Assembly: GCA_038244455.1 (NCBI GenBank)
Contig: JBBRTK010000003.1
Span: 1 to 43,675, forward strand
Direction of reading: 5' to 3'
Source: Actinomycetota bacterium
GTDB taxonomy: Bacteria > Actinomycetota > UBA4738 > HRBIN12
DNA: 43,675 nt
Shown: positions 19,142 to 28,605 of the stretch, in pieces
Layout: every line of letters begins with the position of its first letter
Numbering within the stretch: position 1 is the stretch's first letter
The notes under the pieces: generated by a model
What the model saw: the letters and a program-made list of their open reading frames with translations, nothing else
Databases searched by the model: none
Told to the model about the DNA's origin: nothing
Position numbers and translations under genes: made by a program

Positions 19142-19669
19142 ATGCTTGCGCGGTACTTCATCGAGCTTCCTTTGCCCCGATCCGTCGTGGAGCGCACGTT
19201 GCTGCGCGATCCGGAGGGCTGGGTGCCGGGGATCGCGAACGAGGCGAGCGAACGCGGCGACGCCCTCCTGGCCGAGGTTGGCTTCGGAACCGAGCGCCGG
19301 GTCACGCACAAGGTCGCCGTGTCGTTCGGACTCCCGATGGTCCTGGAATCCAAGACCTTGGTTCCGATCAGGTGGACGCCGACCGGCGCGCAGGGCCTGT
19401 TCCCCAGCCTGGACGCAGATCTCGACGTCGCCGCGCTCGGACCGGATCGAACACAACTCTCGATCAACGCGCGCTACCAGCCTCCGTTCGGTTCGCTGGG
19501 CAAGGCGGTTGACCGGGCGCTCCTGCACCGGGTGGCCGAGGCGACCTTGAAGGACTTCCTGGATGGGCTGGGTGACGCCATCGCCGCTGAAGCCAGCGGT
19601 CGATCCGCCGCGACGGGCGAGGACTCCGACGACGACGGCGCCCAGGGCCGTATACCATCGGCGACGTGA
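19142..19669 (+). CDS. Hypothetical protein (possible SRPBCC/START-like fold) upstream of the DosR-like regulator
   Basis: PIRWTPTG...LFPSLDADL...ARYQPPFGSLGKAVDRALLHRVAEAT; its stop overlaps the regulator start (GTGA). The fold assignment is inference. Confidence 0.65.
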   Translation: MLARYFIELPLPRSVVERTLLRDPEGWVPGIANEASERGDALLAEVGFGTERRVTHKVAVSFGLPMVLESKTLVPIRWTPTGAQGLFPSLDADLDVAALGPDRTQLSINARYQPPFGSLGKAVDRALLHRVAEATLKDFLDGLGDAIAAEASGRSAATGEDSDDDGAQGRIPSAT

Positions 19670-20337
19670 CCAAGACCCCGCCCTTGCGCGTCATGCTCGT
19701 TGATGATCACGAGATCGTTCGCGACGGCATCAGGGCCATGCTCGACGCCGAGGACGACATCGTTGTGACCTCAGAGGCCGGGACCGTGCGCGAGGCCATC
19801 GATGAAGCGCATCGAACCAAACCGGATGTCGTGGTCATGGACGTGCGACTGTCCGACGGCAGCGGCATCGAGGCGACCCGCGAGATCAGGGCGATGCATC
19901 CGGCCACAAAGGTCCTGATGCTCACGAGCTTCGCCGACGACGAGGCGCTGTTCGCCTCGATCATGGCCGGCGCGTCCGGCTACGTGTTGAAGCAGGTCAA
20001 GTCCGGTGATCTGCTGCGTGCCATCCGATCGGTGGGCGCGGGGGATTCGCTACTGGACCCGAGCGTGACCACGGCCGTTCTGGATCGGCTCCGAAGGGGC
20101 AAGCACCTCATGAAGGACGAGAAGCTCGCCCGCCTTTCACCGCAGGAGGAACGCATCCTCACCCAGATCGCCGACGGGAAGACGAACCGGGAGATCGGGG
20201 AGGACCTCAAGCTCGCCGAGAAGACCGTCAAGAACTACGTCAGCTCGATCCTGTCCAAACTGGAGGTGGCGCGGCGGGCCGAAGCCGCCGCGTACCTGGC
20301 CAGACACACCACCACCCCCGGCACCGTCCCCGAGTAG
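19666..20337 (+). CDS. NarL/LuxR-family response regulator, DosR/DevR-like
   Basis: LVDDHEIVR, VMDVRL, MLTSFADDEALFASIMAGASGYVLK, GKTNREIG...LAEKTVKNYVSSILSKL. Confidence 0.92.
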   Translation: MTKTPPLRVMLVDDHEIVRDGIRAMLDAEDDIVVTSEAGTVREAIDEAHRTKPDVVVMDVRLSDGSGIEATREIRAMHPATKVLMLTSFADDEALFASIMAGASGYVLKQVKSGDLLRAIRSVGAGDSLLDPSVTTAVLDRLRRGKHLMKDEKLARLSPQEERILTQIADGKTNREIGEDLKLAEKTVKNYVSSILSKLEVARRAEAAAYLARHTTTPGTVPE

Positions 20338-20357
20338 CGCGGGCACCTGACCACCGC

Positions 20358-20394
20358 CGGCCAAAGGTCCTCCCTGAACCGGGCCATCCGCCCA
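20358..20394. promoter_or_regulatory. Tandem weak DosR/DevR-type boxes upstream of the DoxX gene
   Basis: CGGCC-AAAG-GTCCT (20358-20371) and GGGCC-ATCC-GCCCA (20381-20394), 23 bp apart. Confidence 0.4.
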
Positions 20395-20452
20395 CTCCGC
20401 GCTGCCCGTGCCGGGTGGAGAGTGTGACCAAGACGCAAAGGAGGTGGGATCG

Positions 20453-21064
20453 ATGCAGACCGTTCGCACAGATGGCGCGGTTCAGCACATGCCCGCCATC
20501 GAAGCCGAGACCCGTCAGACCCGTGCATTCGGGAATGTGATGGGCGTTGCTCGGCTCCTGATCGGCTGGGAGTTTCTCTGGGCGTTCCTGGACAAGACCT
20601 TCGGGCTCGGGGTCGCCACGGACACGGCAAATGCGTGGATCCACGGCGGCTCCCCGGCCAGCGGCGTGATGTTCGCGCTGACCGGGCCGTTCACCGGGTT
20701 CTACCAGGCTGTCACCGGCGGGCACGCAGTGGCCGGCTTCACGGCGCAAGGTGCGCCGATCGGCTTCGTGCCGGTGAGCACATGGGTCAACTGGGTGTAC
20801 ATGGCCTCGATGCTGCTGATCGGCATCGGGTTGATGACGGGGATCATGACCCGCATCGCCGCGATCGGCGGGATCGTGTGGATGACGATCTTCTACACCG
20901 CAACGTTCTTCGCCGACGGACGCTACAACCCGTTCTACGACGTCCACGTGCTGACGGCTGTGGTCCTGGTCGGGATCATCGTTGTTGACGCCGGGAGGTA
21001 CCTGAGCCTCGGAAGGTACTGGAGGCGGTTCGAACTGGTGCAGACGCACCCGATCCTGACCTGA
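20453..21064 (+). CDS. DoxX/DoxD-family membrane protein
   Basis: AAAGGAGG RBS; ARLLIGWEFLWAFLDKTFGLG, AWIHGGSP, AGRYLSLG..W; 4 TM helices. Confidence 0.8.
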   Translation: MQTVRTDGAVQHMPAIEAETRQTRAFGNVMGVARLLIGWEFLWAFLDKTFGLGVATDTANAWIHGGSPASGVMFALTGPFTGFYQAVTGGHAVAGFTAQGAPIGFVPVSTWVNWVYMASMLLIGIGLMTGIMTRIAAIGGIVWMTIFYTATFFADGRYNPFYDVHVLTAVVLVGIIVVDAGRYLSLGRYWRRFELVQTHPILT

Positions 21065-21099
21065 CCCGCTGATGGCCTAACCCGGCCGAAGCGGGTGCG

Positions 21100-21127
21100 A
21101 GAGGGCGGGGAGCGATCCCCGCCCTCT
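21100..21127. terminator. Hairpin terminator between convergent doxX and acnA
   Basis: Perfect 12-bp stem AGAGGGCGGGGA / TCCCCGCCCTCT with a GCGA loop. Confidence 0.75.
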
Positions 21128-21141
21128 TCCGCGTTCCGGGC

Positions 21142-23772
21142 CTATGTGCTCGGCCTCCGGGTGGCGAGCATCTGCCGCAAGACCAGCCGCAGGATCCCTC
21201 CGGCCTCGAAATACTCGACCTCGGCGGCCGCATCAACACGAACCGTGACGCCGAAGGACGCTGTGCTGCCGTCCTCGCGAGCAACCTCCACCGTGGCGTC
21301 CTGGCCGGGTGAGATACCGCCGGCCACCCCGCGAACCGTGAACACCTCGCGCCCCGTGAGCCCGTGAGAGGCTGCGCTCTCCCCCGGCTTGTACTCCAGC
21401 GGAAGCACGCCCATCCCGACGAGGTTCGACCGGTGGATACGTTCGAAGCTCTCCGCCAGCACGAACCGCACACCCAGCAGATCCGGGCCCTTGGCAGCCC
21501 AGTCACGGCTGGACCCACTCCCGTACTCCTTGCCCGCCAGCACCCCGAGCGGCACGCCGTCGGCGCGGTAGCGCTCGGCTCCGTCGAAGACGCTCATGAC
21601 CTCGCCGCCGGGCAGGTGCGTGGTGAACGACCCCTCCGTGCCGGGGGCCAGTTCGTTCTGGAGACGGATGTTCGCGAACGTTCCCCGGACCATGACCTGG
21701 TGGTTGCCTCGCCGCGCCCCGTAGGAGTTGAAATCGGTGGGCGCGACACCGTGGTCCTGCAGGTAGCGCCCCGCCGGCGAATCGGGCTTGATCGACCCGG
21801 CGGGCGAGATGTGATCGGTTGTGATGGAATCCCCCACCTTCACGAGGATACGGGCGCCTCCGATATCGCCGCCCGCGGTCTGCGCGTCGAGATCGTGGAA
21901 GTACGGGGGCTCCTGGACGTAGGTCGACGCTGGATCCCACTCGTAGACGTCGCCGGTCGGGGTCGGCAGCGAGCGCCAATGGTCGTCGCCCTCCCACACC
22001 CGCGCGTATTCGTCCCGGAACTGGTCGGGGTCCAGGGATGTGGCGATCGCGTCGGACACTTGCGCGGCGGTGGGCCAGATGTCGGCCAGCATGACCGGTC
22101 CGTTCGGCCCGTGACCCAGCGGTTCGGTCGACAGGTCGATGTCAAGGCGTCCGGCCAACGCGTAAGCAACAACCAGCGGCGGCGAGGCCAGATAGGAGGC
22201 CCGCACCTGCGGATGGATGCGTCCCTCGAAGTTCCGGTTCCCCGACAGGACGGCGGCCACGTTGAGGCCGCGCTCTTCTACGGCGACCGCAACCTCCTGC
22301 GGGAGCGGTCCCGAGTTCCCGATGCAGGTGGTGCAGCCGTACCCGACCAACGCGAACCCGAGCTTGTCCAGATAGGGCGTGAGACCGGCGCGGTCCAGGT
22401 AGTCGGTGACCACGCGGGACCCGGGGGCCAGGGACGTCTTGACCCACGGCTGCACGTCGATCCCGGCTTCGACGGCGTGCTTTGCCAGCAGTCCGGCGGC
22501 GACCATCACCGAGGGGTTGGAGGTGTTGGTGCATGAAGTGATGGCGGCGATCACGACGCTGCCGTCGCGCAGTTGTTCGTCTCCTTGGTCCGCCCGCCGG
22601 TCTCCGTAGCGCTGCGTGAAGCTCTGCCAGACGCCGGAGAGCGAAACGCGGTCCTGCGGGCGGCTGGGGCCGGCGAGGGACGGCTCGATGGACCCCAGGT
22701 CCAGGCCGAGCACCTCGGAGAACTCCGGGTCCGGGTCGCCGTCCGTGCGGAAGAGTCCCTGCGCCTTGGTGTAACGCTCGACCACGTCGTCGGCCCGGTT
22801 GGTGAACCGGAGGAACGACAGCGTCTGGTGGTCGACGGGGAAGTACGCCGCGGTGGCCCCGTACTCGGGGCACATGTTCGACAGGGTGGCCCGGTCGGCG
22901 ACCGAGAGGGAGGACAGCCCGTCGCCGAAGAACTCGACGAACCTGCCGACGACGCCGTGGGTCCGAAGCATCTGGGTGAGCGTCAGGACGAGGTCTGTCG
23001 CGGTGGTCCCTGCCGGCAGCGCTCCCGTCAGCCGGACGCCCAGCACCAGCGGCTGGGGCAGGAACATCGGCTGACCCAGCATCGCGGCCTCGGCCTCGAT
23101 GCCGCCCACCCCCCAGCCCAGGATGCCGAGCCCGTTGATCATGGTCGTGTGGGAATCAGTCCCCACCACGGTGTCCGGATAGGCGACCCCGTCCCGGACC
23201 GACACCACCGTGCCCAGGTGTTCGAGGTTCACCTGGTGGCAGATCCCGGCGCCCGGGGGGACCACGCGGAGACCGCTGAAGACCTCCTGCGCCCACCGAA
23301 GGAACGCGTACCGCTCTCCGTTGCGCCCGTATTCGCGCTCGATGTTTGCTTCATACGCGCCGGCCGAACGGAACAGGTCGACCTGCACGCTGTGATCGAT
23401 GATCAGGTCGGTGGGGATGCGCGGGTTGATCTGCGCGGGATCGCCGCCGGCGCGCGCGGTCGCGCTCCGCATGGCGGCGAGGTCGACCACCGCGGGGACG
23501 CCCGTGAAGTCCTGCATGAGGACGCGGGCAGGCATGAACGCGATGTTCCCGGCCGGTCCCGGCCAGGCGGCCAGGGCGGCGATGTCGCCGTCCGCGACGT
23601 CGCGGGTCCCCGCGCGGCGCATCAGGTTCTCCAACAAGATCTTGACGGTGTGCGGGAGGCGGCCGAGGTCATCGATGATGCCCCGCTCCACCAGGTGATG
23701 CAGGCGGTAGATGTCGACGGTTCCCTCGGCGGTGTCCAGCCGCCCGAGCGCTGCGGTGAAGTCACTGGTCAT
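21142..23772 (-). CDS. acnA: Aconitate hydratase A
   Basis: RVLMQDFTGVPAVVDLAAMR, IDHSVQVD, GTDSHTTM, AAITSCTNTSNP, GYGCTTCIGNSG, ITTDHISPAG, GSSRDWAAKG; AGAAGGA RBS before 23772. Confidence 0.96.
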   Translation of the reverse strand: MTSDFTAALGRLDTAEGTVDIYRLHHLVERGIIDDLGRLPHTVKILLENLMRRAGTRDVADGDIAALAAWPGPAGNIAFMPARVLMQDFTGVPAVVDLAAMRSATARAGGDPAQINPRIPTDLIIDHSVQVDLFRSAGAYEANIEREYGRNGERYAFLRWAQEVFSGLRVVPPGAGICHQVNLEHLGTVVSVRDGVAYPDTVVGTDSHTTMINGLGILGWGVGGIEAEAAMLGQPMFLPQPLVLGVRLTGALPAGTTATDLVLTLTQMLRTHGVVGRFVEFFGDGLSSLSVADRATLSNMCPEYGATAAYFPVDHQTLSFLRFTNRADDVVERYTKAQGLFRTDGDPDPEFSEVLGLDLGSIEPSLAGPSRPQDRVSLSGVWQSFTQRYGDRRADQGDEQLRDGSVVIAAITSCTNTSNPSVMVAAGLLAKHAVEAGIDVQPWVKTSLAPGSRVVTDYLDRAGLTPYLDKLGFALVGYGCTTCIGNSGPLPQEVAVAVEERGLNVAAVLSGNRNFEGRIHPQVRASYLASPPLVVAYALAGRLDIDLSTEPLGHGPNGPVMLADIWPTAAQVSDAIATSLDPDQFRDEYARVWEGDDHWRSLPTPTGDVYEWDPASTYVQEPPYFHDLDAQTAGGDIGGARILVKVGDSITTDHISPAGSIKPDSPAGRYLQDHGVAPTDFNSYGARRGNHQVMVRGTFANIRLQNELAPGTEGSFTTHLPGGEVMSVFDGAERYRADGVPLGVLAGKEYGSGSSRDWAAKGPDLLGVRFVLAESFERIHRSNLVGMGVLPLEYKPGESAASHGLTGREVFTVRGVAGGISPGQDATVEVAREDGSTASFGVTVRVDAAAEVEYFEAGGILRLVLRQMLATRRPST

Positions 23773-23820
23773 GGTCGGATCCTTCTGCGGTTGGACAGCC
23801 ATCCTCCCACGCGGCCCGAC

Positions 23821-24360
23821 TCAGACGTCTTCGGCGGCGCCGGGTGCCTCCGCAGCCTCGGCCTCGCGGGCGGCCTTGACCGCAGCCTTGTGCGCGAGCC
23901 TCGCCTGGCGACGCAGGGACGCCTCTCGTTGGCGTCGCTTCTCCTTCTCGGACTCCGCGATGAGCGGAGGGACCGGGCGAGGAACGCCGTGTTCGTCAAC
24001 GGCAACGAACACCAGGTAGGCCGAGTTGGCGTGGCGGGAGCTGCCCGAGATGGGGTCGAGCGCGTCCACCCGAACTCCAACCTCCACCGAGGTGCGGCCC
24101 GCGTCGGTAACCGACGCCTTCAGGACCAGGACGTCGCCGATGTGCACGGGCTCCAGGAACGTCATCTCGTCGATGGCGACCGTCACGCACAACCCACCGG
24201 CGTGACGGATGGCGGCGAGACCGGCGGCGGTGTCGACCAGCCGCATGATGGCGCCCCCGTGCACCGTGCCCGCGACGTTGGCGTCGGTCACCTCCATCAT
24301 CTGCGTGAGGGTCACGTGTGAGTCGGCCACGCGCTTGGGGGTGAGGTCCCAGTCGGTCAT
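23821..24360 (-). CDS. Acyl-CoA thioesterase (hotdog fold)
   Basis: DANVAGTVHGG, VTVAIDEMTFLEPVHIGD, GRTSVEVGV, AYLVFVAVD...PRPVPPL. Confidence 0.9.
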   Translation of the reverse strand: MTDWDLTPKRVADSHVTLTQMMEVTDANVAGTVHGGAIMRLVDTAAGLAAIRHAGGLCVTVAIDEMTFLEPVHIGDVLVLKASVTDAGRTSVEVGVRVDALDPISGSSRHANSAYLVFVAVDEHGVPRPVPPLIAESEKEKRRQREASLRRQARLAHKAAVKAAREAEAAEAPGAAEDV

Positions 24361-24421
24361 GCCGGCATCCTATCGGGGCCATCTACCCCGGAGCCGGAGC
24401 GGCCGCCGGTAGCATCACCTC

Positions 24422-25177
24422 GTGCGCACGCTGCGGATCCCGGCCCTCGTCCTGCTCGTGGCGGCGGCAGCGTGCGGGGGCTCGGCTTCCCCGGTCCTCC
24501 CCTCTCCAACCTCCGATGTCACCCGGACGACCACCCCCACCCCCACCTCCACGCCGGCCCCCACCGCGAGCGCGCCCGCGAGCGTGGTGCCCTCCGGCGT
24601 CCCGTCGGGAACACCCGCCGGCTACGCGAAGGACGTCGGCGCCTCGAACCTGCCACCGTCCGCGCTGGTTCCCGGGGGCGTAGGCGTGACCGATGCGTGG
24701 TCCACGACGACGAGCGCCGGGGAGACCGCCGGCGTGGCCTACGCCCTGGCGGGCGACCCGCTCCAGGTTCCCCACGGCCTGGTCATCTGGCGCCGCTCGC
24801 CCGGCGTGGTTCCGCCGTGGAACCCGGTGTTCGGGCTCACGACGGATGCGGGCAGCGGCGTCTTCCAGATCGAAACCCTGCTGGGAGATGCCACCGGAGA
24901 CGGATCGGACGACGCCCTGGTGTTCGAGGCCACCGGCGGCAGCGGTGCGTGCGGCATCACGCTGCTCCTGGATCTGGCCGCGAACGCCCAGGTCTTCCGG
25001 AAGACTGCGTGCGACACCGTGGTGGGCTTCTCCCCAAGCCCCGTGGGCCTGAGCATCCGGCAGGCGGTCTTCGGGCCGTCGGACTCCCATTGCTGTCCCA
25101 GCGCGTTCCGCACCACCGTGCTCACGTACACGGGGACGACGTGGGTCGTCGCGTCCCGAACGAGCTCGCCCGCCTGA
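24422..25177 (+). CDS. Putative lipoprotein with S/T/P-rich linker and Cys-containing globular domain
   Basis: Signal peptide ending AAAAC; TTTPTPTSTP linker; GDATGDGSDD; SHCCPS; TAGCAT -10 6 nt before the GTG. Confidence 0.7.
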   Translation: MRTLRIPALVLLVAAAACGGSASPVLPSPTSDVTRTTTPTPTSTPAPTASAPASVVPSGVPSGTPAGYAKDVGASNLPPSALVPGGVGVTDAWSTTTSAGETAGVAYALAGDPLQVPHGLVIWRRSPGVVPPWNPVFGLTTDAGSGVFQIETLLGDATGDGSDDALVFEATGGSGACGITLLLDLAANAQVFRKTACDTVVGFSPSPVGLSIRQAVFGPSDSHCCPSAFRTTVLTYTGTTWVVASRTSSPA

Positions 25178-25186
25178 GGGGGCGTG

Positions 25187-27469
25187 CTAGATCAGCGTCG
25201 CGATGCTCCGGCGCCGGCTGACCTTCGAGATCTGCACCGCCACCGGGAACTGGTCCTTCACCTGTTCGGCGTGAGTGACCACGAAGAGCTGATGGAAGCG
25301 CGCGGAGAGTCGCCCCATCGCCAGGACCATCAGGTCCTTGCGCTCTTGGTCCAGCGATCCCAGCACCTCGTCCAGCACCAGCATGCCGACATCGGCGCCG
25401 GACACGCGAGACAGGTGCATCGAGATGGCTACGCGGAGCGCCAGGTTCGCCAGATCGGTTTCCGAACCGCTGAAGCGATCGATGTCGTAGTAGGTGTCGC
25501 CGTCGGCGATATGGATGCTCAATGTCTCGTCGTCGATCTTCAGGTCGTCGTACTCGTGGTTCGTGAGCTCGCGGAAGAGCGACTCGGCCTCACGGGAGAG
25601 CTCCGGCCCGACCCGGCCCACCAGGTGATCGCGGAATCCGTCAAGGAGCGTGGCGACGCGGTCACGGTAACGAGCCTCGGAGCGGAGTTCGTCGGCCCGT
25701 GTCGCGGTCTTCTGAGCCTCCTCCAGCGCGCCGTGAAGTCTGGCCAGGTCGGCCTCGGTCCGGGCCCGCAGATCGGTGGCGGCTCGCTCGGCCTCGCGCG
25801 CGGCCGCGAGTGCCGAATCCGCGTTCGCGCGCGCATCGCGCAGGGCGGCGTACACGACGGGGTCGTGGGCGAGGGCAGCAAGCGCCGCCGCTGCGGCGGA
25901 CGTTTCGGCAGCGATCTCTGACGTTCGTTCCTCCGCGGTGGTCAGGTCGGCGGTCAGCTGGTCACGATGCTCGGCCTGTTGGGCCAGGCGCGCCGACTCG
26001 GCGCCGAGCGTTCGTTCGCGTTCGACGCGTTCGGTGAGTTCGGCCGGATCGGGCACTGCGCCGTCGAAGGGTGCGGCGAGCGCGGTCAGCGCGGCGCTGA
26101 GGTCGTCCAGGCGCGTCTGGGCGGCGGCCCGGTCGCGCGCGGCCCGCTCAGCCGTCTGCCCCGCCGTCGCCGCCGTCTTCAGCGCCGCTTCGGCCTTGCC
26201 CAGCGCAGCGCTCGCCGCCTTCTCCGCCCGGGCGGCGGCTGCGGCCTTCGCAGTGGCTTCGGCGGCCTCCTGTTTGCGATGGGCGAGGTATCCGGTGAAG
26301 TCCTTGCCCAGCTCCCGTCCGCACGTGGGGCACGGCTCGGTGGGGTCGGCCTCCTTCGCGCGGGCGAGCCGGTCGGCGGCGCTCGCGGCCAGCTCCGCTA
26401 GCTGTTCGGCGGTGGCGGCGGCGCGGGCGGCTTGCGCGCGGGCATCGTCGGCCGCCGCGGTTGCCACTTCGAGCGCCGCGAGGGACTCCTGGGGATCCGA
26501 GACGGGGAGATCGGCCAGCTGACGCTCGACCACCGCGAGCTCCTCCGCCTTCGTGCGGTAGTTGCGCGCGGCCTGCAACAGCTCCCCGGCGCCGGCGAGC
26601 GAAGCCAGCTCGGCCTGGAGGGCCGGAAGGTGGGCCACCGCATCCGTGGTGACCTCGAGGCGGAGGATGACCTCGGCCTGGTGCGCCTGGAGACGGGTCA
26701 GCTCCCTGCCCAGCCCGTCCAGGCGCACGGTCAAGGTTTCCGCCTGCTGGCGCGCCGCGTCGGCGGCTTCGAACGCTGCCGCGGCGGCCGCGCGGGCCTC
26801 GGTCGCGATCTTGAGCCCGGCGGCCGCGGCCGTGGCGTTCCCAGCGGCCTCGGCGGCAAGGTCCTTCGCCTCCTTGATGTCTGCCTTGAGCTGACTCATG
26901 TCGGCGGCCACCCCCGCCAGCTGGTCGGCCTGCCTGCGCGCCTCGATCCCGTCCTTGCGGGCAACCTTGCGCGCGTCGTCCACCGGCCGGATCCCCAGGA
27001 GCCGAAGGACCATCTCCTTGCGCTTGCCCGCCGTCACGTCGGAGAACGCGTCCAGCTGCTTTTGTTCGGCGAACACGCTTGCGCGGAAGACCTGTCGATC
27101 CATCCGGAGCAGCCGCGCGATCTCGGCGTCCACGTCGCTCACGCCCGACGCCAACTGCAACGAACCCACGAGCAGCTCGGCGTCGGTGGCATGGTTCTTC
27201 CCTTTGATCGAACGCCGGACCTCGTAGGTACTGCCGCCGTGTTCGAAGATCATCCGGAGTTCGCAATCCGCAAGGAGCCCGTTCGTTCGGATCTGGTCCT
27301 TCTTCGTGCGGGCCGCGTCGATGCCGTAGAGCGAGACGGCGATGGCCTCCATCAGCGTCGACTTCCCCGAACCGTTCGGCCCCACGACGCCGATAACCCT
27401 GGCCGGCAGCTCCAGGTCCAGCTCCTCGAACTGCCGGTAGTTCCGCAGGCTGAGCTCGACGACCCTCAC
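25187..27469 (-). CDS. rad50: Rad50/SbcC-family SMC-like ATPase (760 aa)
   Basis: LRNYRQF, Walker A GPNGSGKS, Q-loop FAEQK, CPTCG zinc hook at residue ~380 (the midpoint), signature FSGSE, Walker B/D-loop LVLDEVLGSLD, VVTH; GTGA overlap with mre11. Confidence 0.9.
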   Translation of the reverse strand: MRVVELSLRNYRQFEELDLELPARVIGVVGPNGSGKSTLMEAIAVSLYGIDAARTKKDQIRTNGLLADCELRMIFEHGGSTYEVRRSIKGKNHATDAELLVGSLQLASGVSDVDAEIARLLRMDRQVFRASVFAEQKQLDAFSDVTAGKRKEMVLRLLGIRPVDDARKVARKDGIEARRQADQLAGVAADMSQLKADIKEAKDLAAEAAGNATAAAAGLKIATEARAAAAAAFEAADAARQQAETLTVRLDGLGRELTRLQAHQAEVILRLEVTTDAVAHLPALQAELASLAGAGELLQAARNYRTKAEELAVVERQLADLPVSDPQESLAALEVATAAADDARAQAARAAATAEQLAELAASAADRLARAKEADPTEPCPTCGRELGKDFTGYLAHRKQEAAEATAKAAAAARAEKAASAALGKAEAALKTAATAGQTAERAARDRAAAQTRLDDLSAALTALAAPFDGAVPDPAELTERVERERTLGAESARLAQQAEHRDQLTADLTTAEERTSEIAAETSAAAAALAALAHDPVVYAALRDARANADSALAAAREAERAATDLRARTEADLARLHGALEEAQKTATRADELRSEARYRDRVATLLDGFRDHLVGRVGPELSREAESLFRELTNHEYDDLKIDDETLSIHIADGDTYYDIDRFSGSETDLANLALRVAISMHLSRVSGADVGMLVLDEVLGSLDQERKDLMVLAMGRLSARFHQLFVVTHAEQVKDQFPVAVQISKVSRRRSIATLI

Positions 27470-28605
27470 ACGGTCTCCCCCTGCGCGGACTCCAGGTAGC
27501 GTGCGCCGAGATCGACAACACGATCGCGTTCCAGCCCCGAGAGGTCCTGGGTGGCAACGAACGTCGACCATTCGCTCGACAGCGAACCGATCTGGGGCGC
27601 CCCCTGGACGGCGTAGGACTCGGCACCGACGTCTGGCTCGATCTGGACGTGGAGCGCGCCGGGGACCGCCTCCTGGAACTCTTCGTTCCGCACCTGCCGG
27701 AAGGCTGCGGAGTCCACGTGCTCCAGGAAGACCCGGACCACCGAACCCTCGGGCGACCCCTTCGCGGCTCGTTCGACCGCATCGACCAGCTCACCGGGAC
27801 CTAGGCCCGAGGACTCCACGCTGAGCGTCACCAGCGGGCGCTCGCCGGGGTTCTCGATCTGCTCCACCGTGCCGGCGTCCGTGTCGATGATGACGAGCCC
27901 CTTGGGGCCCGCATCCGCCGGCTTGTCGGCGAACGAGAACGAGTCCGTGGAACCGGCGTACCAGGTTCGCTTCGATGCCTTCTGGAACACGTGGTAGTGC
28001 CCCAGCACCACCAGATCGAACCGCTTGTCGAACGCCCCCTCCTCGATCTCCAGCTCGTTGATGTCGCGCCCGTAGGCACTGACCGGCAGTGATGTGAGCG
28101 CCACGTGAGCGATGAGGAGATCGGTCGCATCCCCGCCCGCCGCCCCGGCCGCCACCTCCAGCTCGGCCCGGAACTCGTCCACGCCCAGGGTTTGCGGAAC
28201 GGCGTGCACCTTCACCCCCGCCAGCTCGGCGCTCCGCGCCTGCATCGACCACGCGAACTCCACGTTGGAGAAGACCTCCTCGAGCGCGGCGTAGGGCGAA
28301 CCCGTCCCCCGCACGCGCGGGGTGTCGTGGTTCCCGCTGATGCTCACGCCGCGCAGGCCCGCCGCGTTCAGGTTCTTCAGCCCCACGAGCACCTTCCCGA
28401 ACGTGCGATAGGTCGGCCGCGCGTGATCGAAGATGTCCCCGAGCCAGATGAACCCGTCGGGCTCCTGCGCGATGGTCTCCTGCACCGCCCAGGCGAAGGA
28501 CCGCAGGAAGTCCTCCTCGCGCGTGTTCCGGCCCTGTTCGTCCCGCAGGTGTGCCAGGTGCGTCCGCCCCAGGTGGGCGTCGCCGAGGGCGACCAGGCGC
28601 GCCAC
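27466..28605 (-). CDS. mre11: Mre11/SbcD-family metallophosphoesterase nuclease
   Basis: Motifs GDAHLG, GDIFD, SGNHD, LIAH, LGHYH, WYAGS; directly upstream of the Rad50-like gene. Confidence 0.9.
   Translation of the reverse strand: MARLVALGDAHLGRTHLAHLRDEQGRNTREEDFLRSFAWAVQETIAQEPDGFIWLGDIFDHARPTYRTFGKVLVGLKNLNAAGLRGVSISGNHDTPRVRGTGSPYAALEEVFSNVEFAWSMQARSAELAGVKVHAVPQTLGVDEFRAELEVAAGAAGGDATDLLIAHVALTSLPVSAYGRDINELEIEEGAFDKRFDLVVLGHYHVFQKASKRTWYAGSTDSFSFADKPADAGPKGLVIIDTDAGTVEQIENPGERPLVTLSVESSGLGPGELVDAVERAAKGSPEGSVVRVFLEHVDSAAFRQVRNEEFQEAVPGALHVQIEPDVGAESYAVQGAPQIGSLSSEWSTFVATQDLSGLERDRVVDLGARYLESAQGETV

Noticed and set aside
24500-24620. C-rich low-complexity repeat-like stretch
   Set aside because: It simply encodes the Thr/Pro/Ser linker of the lipoprotein.
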